Below, one piece after another: positions 17,198 through 24,105 of a DNA stretch of 64,000 bases. The notes below the pieces were generated by a model. It was not told the DNA's origin. It saw nothing but the letters and a program-made list of their open reading frames with translations, and searched no databases. The stretch is from an uncultured virus (IMG/VR IMGVR_UViG_3300043006_000086) (taxonomy: Duplodnaviria > Heunggongvirae > Uroviricota > Caudoviricetes), in the IMG/VR virus record IMGVR_UViG_3300043006_000086, positions 1-64,000 of that record; one strand, given 5' to 3'. How positions within the stretch are numbered: the stretch's first letter is position 1; each line of letters opens with the position of its first letter. The position numbers and the translations under genes are program-made.

Positions 17198-17644
17198 TTA
17201 AAATTTTTCTGTAAAAATTACATAACCTTCACGATAACCGCCGAAACAATCATCAAATTCTTTGTCACTACCTTCAATTTCATAATCGTTAATAAGATAA
17301 TTAACTAACTGATTTCTAAATTTACGAATCCATTTTCTATCTTTTCTTGCAAATTCTTTCATTTTATTATTCCAGAGGAATGTTCTTGTATTAACTTCCA
17401 GACCATCAGAATCAAAAGTCTCACAAATTTTTGGAATGTTTCTGTCAAGAACCTCTTTAGCCTGCTCCTCAGACCACACAAGCTTTTCGCCCTGTTTCTC
17501 TTTATATTTTTCAACTACTCGATATCCAACATAGAGAGGATACAGAATCACTCTCATAACCTTGTAGCCATTCTCATTCCACCATTCTCTAACAATGTGT
17601 TCTCTTTTTACCTGTCTTGCATTCATCATTTCCTCAAATCTCAT
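17198..17644 (-). CDS. Hypothetical protein
   Basis: ORF track; GAGAGG SD; own promoter. Confidence 0.8.
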   Translation of the reverse strand: MRFEEMMNARQVKREHIVREWWNENGYKVMRVILYPLYVGYRVVEKYKEKQGEKLVWSEEQAKEVLDRNIPKICETFDSDGLEVNTRTFLWNNKMKEFARKDRKWIRKFRNQLVNYLINDYEIEGSDKEFDDCFGGYREGYVIFTEKF

Positions 17645-17728
17645 TTTATTTACCTCTCTTTCTATCCTTACCTTGTAAATACATTATAGCATAGGTTTGT
17701 GAGTACGTCAAGCTTTTTTTAATTTTTT

Positions 17729-17866
17729 TTAATTCCAATCATATTCCATGGCATCCTCATAATCTATATTATGACGCTTACACCAATTTTTAAAATTTTT
17801 TACTGAACCGCTTGCAATTACTACATCAATATATTCTTCTGTTGTTAATTCATCAATTTTTCTCAT
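17729..17866 (-). CDS. Small hypothetical protein
   Basis: Start MRKIDEL after GAGAGG SD. Confidence 0.65.
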   Translation of the reverse strand: MRKIDELTTEEYIDVVIASGSVKNFKNWCKRHNIDYEDAMEYDWN

Positions 17867-17934
17867 TTTATTTACCTCTCTTTCTTTTGATAGTATTATT
17901 ATAACGCCTTTACGTTCATTTGTCAATACTTTTT

Positions 17935-18141
17935 TTAAATTAGTTGAAAACAATTCATGATGTTAACGTAACTATTGCAAGAAAATTCTCTAACTGTTTT
18001 TGATAAAAATTTCAACATGATTTTTTTAACAATAGTTTCTGGTAGAGTTTTTATCATTTCCCTTTCAATAGTATTGTAAATTCCATTTGGTAATTCATAC
18101 ATCTTCATGGTGTCAAACTCTTCTATTGTCAATAATCTCAT
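17935..18141 (-). CDS. Hypothetical protein
   Basis: ORF track; GAGGA SD. Confidence 0.65.
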   Translation of the reverse strand: MRLLTIEEFDTMKMYELPNGIYNTIEREMIKTLPETIVKKIMLKFLSKTVREFSCNSYVNIMNCFQLI

Positions 18142-18293
18142 TTTCAAGTTCCTCTTCCTTTATTTGATGATATCATTATACCACCACCCATTCCAGAAGT
18201 CAAGCAAAAATTGCACAAAAATTAAGTAAAAATTTTGGTTATTTTTTCCTATTGTGCAAAGTGACGAAATTTCGGGATTCCGACCGGAAAATA

Positions 18294-18374
18294 TTTGTGC
18301 AATCTGCCTATTGACAAAATTGCGGGGTGGTGGTATAATTGAAAATTCCGGCCGCAAGGACAGTGCGCGGCCGG
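18294..18374 (+). promoter_or_regulatory. Operator half-site, antisense promoter and GC palindrome H5
   Basis: TTTGTGCA-atctgccta-TTGACA-N17-TATAAT, then CCGGCCGC-N11-GCGGCCGG (18348-18374). Confidence 0.8.
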
Positions 18375-18414
18375 TCAAAAATTGAAACAAAAAAGAGCTA
18401 ATTTCTTAGCTCTT

Positions 18415-18588
18415 TCACTTAAATATCAACTTAATAATTATCACCGCAACCCAAACCACAAAGGCCAAACCCCAGGTGAATGTAATGAACACTCCGGCAA
18501 ACTGAAGAACAAACAGCAAAAGCCAAAGCAAGCCCGCAGTAAATAAGAAGTCAAGTAGTAATGTAAATAATACTGTTAGTGCTAACAT
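18415..18588 (-). CDS. Small hydrophobic membrane protein (57 aa)
   Basis: GAGGAG SD; MLALTVLFTLLLDFLFTAGLLWLLLFVL... Confidence 0.7.
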   Translation of the reverse strand: MLALTVLFTLLLDFLFTAGLLWLLLFVLQFAGVFITFTWGLAFVVWVAVIIIKLIFK

Positions 18589-18610
18589 GTTCTTTTTCTC
18601 CTCTCTTTTG

Positions 18611-18682
18611 GAGGCTGAGAGCCTTTCCTCGGCATCGCCTCGTGTTCAAGACAACACTGGTACTTTTGGCTCCCGACACCTC
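18611..18682 (-). ncRNA. Candidate structured 5' leader
   Basis: GAGG/CCTC and GGGAGCC/GGCTCTC outer stems enclosing GTGTT/AACAC; promoter 18698-18726. Confidence 0.35.
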
Positions 18683-18718
18683 TTTCTTGATGATTTAATA
18701 ATACCACACTTTTGGTTA

Positions 18719-18967
18719 TTAGTCAAGCCTTTTTCTTGTTCTATTTACAGATTCAAGTAAACATGCATCAGCGAAAAAATAAATCACATGAGACCATTTT
18801 AAAGATTCTTTTGCATAGACTAACAAATCTTCTTCTGTTGGATTCTCTGGAATGCCTGATTTTCTCCAAGTGTCAATACTTTCTTGGCACTCTGTATTCA
18901 TTACGTATTTCTCCATCTGTTGGAGCAAATGAAGTCTTATTTCTATTATTTCTTCCTTGCTATACAT
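18719..18967 (-). CDS. Hypothetical protein
   Basis: Start MYSKEE after GAGGAGG SD. Confidence 0.7.
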   Translation of the reverse strand: MYSKEEIIEIRLHLLQQMEKYVMNTECQESIDTWRKSGIPENPTEEDLLVYAKESLKWSHVIYFFADACLLESVNRTRKRLD

Positions 18968-19100
18968 TGCGCTCCTCCTCTTGCTTAACAATGAACTGTA
19001 ATAGTTCTATTAAGTCCTTTACATCATCTATTGTCCCTATCTCAATGGCGTGTTCGCTATCACAACCATAGAAAATTTTATTATCTTGTTCAATGTTCAT
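18960..19100 (-). CDS. Small hypothetical protein (46 aa)
   Basis: MNIEQDNKIFYGCDSEHAIEIG...; ATGA overlap with upstream gene. Confidence 0.55.
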   Translation of the reverse strand: MNIEQDNKIFYGCDSEHAIEIGTIDDVKDLIELLQFIVKQEEERNV

Positions 19101-19240
19101 TTTTCCTTCTCCTCTCTAAGAATTTTATTAATGAGGTTTTTGATTTCTTTTAAATCTTCCAAATCGCAGTAAACTTTGTCGCCCCAACCGCCTTTAATTG
19201 TGTATGGATAATTTTTATCGTCGCTTCTTTCGATTGTCAT
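19097..19240 (-). CDS. Small hypothetical protein (47 aa)
   Basis: AAGGAG SD; MTIERSDDKNYPYTIKGGWGDKVYC... Confidence 0.6.
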   Translation of the reverse strand: MTIERSDDKNYPYTIKGGWGDKVYCDLEDLKEIKNLINKILREEKEK

Positions 19241-19315
19241 TGTATGCAACTCCTTTTCTTTTTGATAATGTTATTGTATCACAGGGGCTGACATTTGTCA
19301 ACCCCTTTTTTGAAA

Positions 19316-19729
19316 TTATTTCTGACTGATGTTAAAATCATCATTTCTATCATACAGATAGTTTGACATGAAGTCTGTTTCATCACAACCATTTACCATC
19401 ATCAGAGAATACTCTTTATCTCCAAAACCATAGAGAAGCTGTCTAATTGTTTTACCCTTTGCATAAGCATAACCGCATTCCCATGCTGTCCCGCTGTCTG
19501 AATACATCCCGAAGTTGAGAACCCACACTTCATCAGCTTTGTCGATTGCGTCAACATCCTGCTGGAAAACCTTCCTACCCCATGTTGCATTGTCTAAATC
19601 CCACGCATTTTCAATTTCATGTTCTATTGGAGCGTAAACTTCCAAACCTTGCGCGCGCATCTTCTGGAGAATTTGAACATACATTACTCTTTCATTATTT
19701 TTGAACCATGGACTTGCTAAATAAATCAT
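19316..19729 (-). CDS. Nucleoside 2-deoxyribosyltransferase (NDT)-family protein
   Basis: IYLASPWF; D..AID.AD; DSGTAWECGYAYAKGK motifs. Confidence 0.85.
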   Translation of the reverse strand: MIYLASPWFKNNERVMYVQILQKMRAQGLEVYAPIEHEIENAWDLDNATWGRKVFQQDVDAIDKADEVWVLNFGMYSDSGTAWECGYAYAKGKTIRQLLYGFGDKEYSLMMVNGCDETDFMSNYLYDRNDDFNISQK

Positions 19730-19918
19730 TGTATCAACCTCTTTCTTTTTTGATAATATTATAATATCATATTTTTTGGTAATTGTCAATAGTTATTTTT
19801 CACGTTTTAGGTTTGGACTTAATGCCCAAACCTAATGTAGTGATTCATCCAGTTTTCGCTGAACTGCTCTTTGAACTCTTCCGCATACTCTGTATTATAA
19901 CCCCTTCTGGGGCTTTTG

Positions 19919-20101
19919 TCAAGCCCCTTTTTCAAGAACTTTTATTAAATCTTCCTTTACGCAAAAGGTTCTTTTATCTCTCTTAACTGAAAAAGGACAG
20001 TTCATACAACCAATTCCAATACAGTTAGGCTCAATTAAAAGTTCGATTGCCTTAATCTCTTCTTCGTCCAGAAGTCCCCTTTTAACAACAACAGTTTTCA
20101 T
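19919..20101 (-). CDS. Small Cys-containing hypothetical protein
   Basis: Start MKTVVV; CIGIGCMNCPF; stop lies inside the next TTGACA. Confidence 0.7.
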   Translation of the reverse strand: MKTVVVKRGLLDEEEIKAIELLIEPNCIGIGCMNCPFSVKRDKRTFCVKEDLIKVLEKGA

Positions 20102-20172
20102 CTTTTTAATTCCTCTCTTTCTTTTGATGTATTTATTATAGCATGAAGGTTGACGTTTATCAACCCCCAATT

Positions 20173-20325
20173 TTAATCATCCTCTGTTTCCCAATATTCA
20201 TCATCTTCATCCCAGAATGCCGCGAAATCATCACATTCTTCTATTGGATTATCAATTCCGCAAGTTCCATCTTTCTTCCAGTGGGGACAATCCCAACCAT
20301 TAACAGGACAATACACTTTCTTCAT
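20173..20325 (-). CDS. Small acidic 4-Cys protein (50 aa; paralog of 8100..8240)
   Basis: MKKVYCPVNGWDCPHWKKDGTCGIDNPIEECDDFAAFWDEDDEYWETEDD; AAAGGA SD; own promoter. Confidence 0.75.
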   Translation of the reverse strand: MKKVYCPVNGWDCPHWKKDGTCGIDNPIEECDDFAAFWDEDDEYWETEDD

Positions 20326-20394
20326 TTTTATCAATTCCTTTCTTCTTTTGATATTATCATTATAACATGGATTGACTTAATTGTCAACAAGAAA

Positions 20395-20868
20395 TTATAA
20401 TTTCTTGTTGATTTCTGTTACATTGTATTTCACATGATATTTCTGCAAAATATCTTTGATGATAGCACTTTCTTCTCTGGTCTTACTGAAAATGTCGATG
20501 TTGTAATAGGTTTCATCTTTGTAAACTACTTCACCACAAGTATAACTAACTGAGAATGGTTCTAACTTGTTGACTAACTCTTTATCTTTTGAAGTAACTG
20601 AGATTTTCCACAAACAATCTTTCTTGCATTTTTCCATGAGCCAAATTGACGCATACACACCAATTAAATTAGTTAAGATGGTTACCGTAACAGTGATACC
20701 TAAGTCAAGACTAGCTAACTGTTTAACCACAACCGCGTAGAATCCGTAGGACAGTGCGTTGATTGCCGCCGCGGTCTTTTTACCTGCGCGCACGGTTAAG
20801 ATTGATTTCATTGTTGACAGCATTACATTGATTAAACTACATGTAAAAAATATTATAATTGCTTGCAT
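20395..20868 (-). CDS. Membrane protein, DUF5698/DUF2179-like
   Basis: INVMLSTMKSILT...AINALSYGFY hydrophobic N-terminus with a soluble C-terminal domain. Confidence 0.6.
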   Translation of the reverse strand: MQAIIIFFTCSLINVMLSTMKSILTVRAGKKTAAAINALSYGFYAVVVKQLASLDLGITVTVTILTNLIGVYASIWLMEKCKKDCLWKISVTSKDKELVNKLEPFSVSYTCGEVVYKDETYYNIDIFSKTREESAIIKDILQKYHVKYNVTEINKKL

Positions 20869-20939
20869 TTCTTTTATTCTCCTCTCTCTTGGAACTATAA
20901 TTATTATACCCCGAAAGGGGTTATTTGTCAACCCCTATT

Positions 20940-21317
20940 TCATTTATTTCTTAACATTTTAATTTCATTTTTGATTGCATTAATAGCTTCTTCACATTCA
21001 GCGATTTTCTTTTTCTTAGTTGTTTCTTTCATTGTTTTACTTGCATAGATTCTATTTTCTTCTGCAAACCATCTATTCAGACTACGCGTTTTGAATTCAA
21101 TAGTTCTCTTCTGAGAAGCTAATTCCCTTGCCTTTTTCTCTTCTTTGTTGTCGCCTCTAACCTCTACGATTTCTACCATTGCTACAGTTGCAATTCCATT
21201 TTCATTTGTTGAGATGGTTTTAAAATAATCTCCTACGTGATATTTTTTAGCTTCTTTATTAGAAATAGTTGCTACTACGTATTCTTCATGACCATTTCTT
21301 GCGATAATCTCTTTCAT
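20940..21317 (-). CDS. Hypothetical protein
   Basis: ORF track; own promoter. Confidence 0.75.
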   Translation of the reverse strand: MKEIIARNGHEEYVVATISNKEAKKYHVGDYFKTISTNENGIATVAMVEIVEVRGDNKEEKKARELASQKRTIEFKTRSLNRWFAEENRIYASKTMKETTKKKKIAECEEAINAIKNEIKMLRNK

Positions 21318-21413
21318 TTTATTCCACCAAATCCCTTTAGGATTTCCCTTTCTTTATTATGTAATTATTATACCATGGGGCTGACCTTTTGTCAACCCCT
21401 TTTGGAAAATTTT

Positions 21414-21830
21414 TTAAAATAATTTCGCAATACCTCTGTCTCTCAGATACTCACACAACTCCTCAGCAGAAAGCACCTCAGCAAGCTTTTTAATCTTCAA
21501 GCTTCTCTCTTCCTCATAGACTACCTTGACGCCAAGAGATTTGAACTGTTTCTCTGTACAGGTTTCAACCATTTCTGGATACTTAGGAACTGTAAAACGC
21601 AGAAGAGGTTTTTTCTTAAAGAATGTTTTACCTATCTCAGCGTTCATGATTATTCCGCTCTCTACAATCTCCTTAGCATCTTCAAAGCTAGTAATTTCAT
21701 CAATTTCAAAGCTTCGTTCTTTGGCTTCTTCTTCCTCTAGATAGAAATAATGGTTATAGATGTTAGTTGGCATCCAGTTCTTCTCTCCATTAAGTTTAAT
21801 GTATGTGCTATGGCTGTAAATCTTCTTCAT
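21414..21830 (-). CDS. Hypothetical protein
   Basis: Start near MKKIYS after AAAGGG SD. Confidence 0.75.
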   Translation of the reverse strand: MKKIYSHSTYIKLNGEKNWMPTNIYNHYFYLEEEEAKERSFEIDEITSFEDAKEIVESGIIMNAEIGKTFFKKKPLLRFTVPKYPEMVETCTEKQFKSLGVKVVYEEERSLKIKKLAEVLSAEELCEYLRDRGIAKLF

Positions 21831-21904
21831 TATCATCATGCCCTTTCTTATCTCTTTTGATGATACTATTGTATCACACATAGCTTACTTTGTCAACGTC
21901 TTTT

Positions 21905-21934
21905 TTCACAAAAATAACAAGCTGTTTTTGTGCA
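21905..21934. promoter_or_regulatory. TTCACAAA-N14-TTTGTGCA operator-like site
   Basis: One mismatch to consensus; 8 bp from the minus -35 at 21891-21896. Confidence 0.7.
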
Positions 21935-22012
21935 AGTTTCACTGTGTTAAATTTTTAACGATCTTGCCCCTGCGGTCCGAACGTAGAAAAAAGAAAAGGC
22001 GGATTTCCCGCC

Positions 22013-22231
22013 TTATTCTTCCTCTTCTTCTTCCCACCCATCATCAAGCAAGCTAAACATCAACCTGTCAAGCAGGTCTTCAAGCTGAACACAAACCACG
22101 CTGAAACCAAGTCCGCAAAGACCACCTACCAAAAGAGACCAAATAGACAAGCCTGCGTAACCCCATGCAAGACCAGCTCCCAGAAGTACACAAATAACAG
22201 CCGTAATTTCAAACCTTGTTTTTTCGTTCAT
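22013..22231 (-). CDS. Two-helix membrane protein with acidic tail
   Basis: ORF track; GAGG SD. Confidence 0.75.
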   Translation of the reverse strand: MNEKTRFEITAVICVLLGAGLAWGYAGLSIWSLLVGGLCGLGFSVVCVQLEDLLDRLMFSLLDDGWEEEEEE

Positions 22232-22306
22232 TTCTTTTTCCTCTTTTCTTTCTTTTCTTTTCTTTTCTTTTTTACATTATTATAATATCATATTTTTTGG
22301 TAATTG

Positions 22307-22507
22307 TCAATACCTTTTTTCACGTCTTGTTACAAGAACTTTATTCCCGTCTATCTCCTGAATACATACCTCATTTAAAGCCCCTGTATAGTGTATAGCT
22401 AATAGGGTATCTTCAGCAGACAGGGTGTGATTCTCTGCTAGTGTATCTCCTGTATCTGTATCTATTAGTCTTTCCCAGTCTTCACTCTTAATTAGTGTTA
22501 CTCTCAT
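22307..22507 (-). CDS. Hypothetical protein
   Basis: Start MRVTLIK after AAAGGA SD; stop lies inside TTGACA. Confidence 0.7.
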   Translation of the reverse strand: MRVTLIKSEDWERLIDTDTGDTLAENHTLSAEDTLLAIHYTGALNEVCIQEIDGNKVLVTRREKRY

Positions 22508-22563
22508 AGTATCATCCTTTCTTTGGCTTGCTATCATTGTGATAGCAAGCCTTTATCGCTTGC

Positions 22564-22830
22564 TTAGTGTGCATTGATGTATGTCACTATCTCATCATCT
22601 GTTATGTCCTCTGTGCCCAGGCTGTCCATGACCAGTGTTACCCTGTCGCCCATGCTCATAGCTACATCTTCCATCACCCAGAGATAACCATCTGTATCTT
22701 CCAGCCCTACATACTGTACACCATCATACTCATTGACCTCATACACTACAGCCTTCACTGTGTACATGTCTGTCTGTGCTGTGCTACCTGCCATCATCAT
22801 TGCCATTGCTAATACCATTGCTTTCATCAT
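22564..22830 (-). CDS. Small acidic protein with signal-peptide-like N-terminus
   Basis: MMKAMVLAMAMMMAGSTAQ; AAGGAG SD; first gene of the island. Confidence 0.75.
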   Translation of the reverse strand: MMKAMVLAMAMMMAGSTAQTDMYTVKAVVYEVNEYDGVQYVGLEDTDGYLWVMEDVAMSMGDRVTLVMDSLGTEDITDDEIVTYINAH

Positions 22831-22899
22831 CGTCTATCGACTCCTTTCTTTCCTTACCTTGTAAACACATTATAGCACACACACTGCTCCCTGTCTACT

Positions 22900-22951
22900 G
22901 GCAGATTGCACAAACTTCATCATACATCTTTGTGCAATCTGCCTATTGACA
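22900..22951. promoter_or_regulatory. Perfect 15-bp inverted repeat between divergent -35-like boxes
   Basis: GGCAGATTGCACAAA-N14-TTTGTGCAATCTGCC, then TA-TTGACA. Confidence 0.8.
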
Positions 22952-23298
22952 CTCACTAATTACAACATTATAGGAATGTGATGATTAGCAAGCGTGCATG
23001 CCTCTTGGATCGAGAAATATTGAGCCGTCACGTCAATCGAAAATTCGGTCCATCTCCTGCGTCAATGGCCCGGTGCGCAGCGCTCGCGCGACACGCCTCT
23101 CAGAAAACGCGACAATACGTTTTAGACATTTTTTCCGAGATAGTTTTGAAATAAAAAATCATTAGACTGAATGATGCTTAGTGGGGGGTGTATTTCGGGA
23201 GAAAAAATTTTTTCATTTTGAATTTGATATTCCTCTGGCCATAATTCCCACCAAATCGATTTCAGAAACGAGATTACGATATTATCTCTTTCAAAATC

Positions 23299-23841
23299 CT
23301 ATTTCTCTTCTTCTGGCTCTTCTTTATCTACATAATAAATTTTATCAATTTCAGGATTTTCAAAATTAGGTTTCCTATCCTGATATACTAAGTCCTCTAT
23401 TTCTCGGCCCCAATGCGGATACAAAAAAATCTTAATTCCTTTTTCTTTTGCATATTCAATCGTTTCGTATGTTCCGCCTTCTTCAATACCATCCCAAACC
23501 GCAATCAAAATATCTGAATGGTCAACCATCCACTTGTCTCTAAAGCCATAAGAATCTTTTCCGTCATTATATTGCGGATACAAAAAAATTACATTTCTAG
23601 CGCTTTCCATTAAATTAATCTCTTTATCATGAAAAGTTTTTCTCCAACTTGGATAAATACATGTATAAGGAATTTTATTATACTTTGCGCATTCTGCCGC
23701 AATTTGATCTACTCCTTGCGCCATTCCAGTAAAAAATTCTTCCGGTCTAATTTCTTTCAAAGTATCTTCAATCCAATTTCGAACATACCACTCATGTCCA
23801 GTTAACCTTCCAGGTCTATGCCCGGTTATCATTGCTCTCAT
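23299..23841 (-). CDS. SLOG-family (YspA/DUF1273-like) protein
   Basis: ITGHRP, GMAQGVDQ, RDKWMVDHSDILIAVWDG..GGT motifs. Confidence 0.8.
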   Translation of the reverse strand: MRAMITGHRPGRLTGHEWYVRNWIEDTLKEIRPEEFFTGMAQGVDQIAAECAKYNKIPYTCIYPSWRKTFHDKEINLMESARNVIFLYPQYNDGKDSYGFRDKWMVDHSDILIAVWDGIEEGGTYETIEYAKEKGIKIFLYPHWGREIEDLVYQDRKPNFENPEIDKIYYVDKEEPEEEK

Positions 23842-24105
23842 TTACCCTTCAATAACCTCCTGTAGTTCAGTTGGAATTTCTACACCAAGTTCTTTTAAAA
23901 CTTCTGCGGCTGCCAAATATTTCCCATCTACCGATCCATAAGGCGCCAACAAAATATAATCCTTTCCTTCAATTTCTGCGGTAAAAAATTCCATCTGATT
24001 ATTTTCTGAATTTATATACATGCGCGCCCGCAAACTTTTAGGAATTGTAATTCTTCCTAAATCATCAATTTTTTTTACTACATTTTCCGGTTTAACTACT
24101 ACCAT
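23842..24105 (-). CDS. AbrB/SpoVT-like DNA-binding protein
   Basis: VKKIDDLGRITIPKSLR matches the AbrB RKVDELGRVVIP.ELR motif. Confidence 0.8.
   Translation of the reverse strand: MVVVKPENVVKKIDDLGRITIPKSLRARMYINSENNQMEFFTAEIEGKDYILLAPYGSVDGKYLAAAEVLKELGVEIPTELQEVIEG

Noticed and set aside
10273..18374. GC palindromes as CRISPR repeats or a mini-array
   Set aside because: Copies are 0.5-3.4 kb apart, differ in sequence and have no repeat-spacer periodicity; no cas genes in the window
18611..18682. HDV-like/theta, hammerhead or twister ribozyme
   Set aside because: Could not place the conserved catalytic core nucleotides in the required topology
8740..21881. N-terminal extensions and short ORFs reading KKxLT...II...ERxxxM
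   Set aside because: These are translations of the promoter and leader sequence itself; starts were moved to SD-supported codons
8261..22812. Plus-strand ORFs in the island and minus-strand ORFs in 25-64 kb from the ORF track
   Set aside because: Antisense shadows of real genes, F/L/S-rich, without SD sites
11876..22936. TGCACAAA boxes as DnaA boxes
   Set aside because: Only a couple of copies fit TTWTNCACA; the fixed N14 inverted geometry tied to -35 boxes points to another factor
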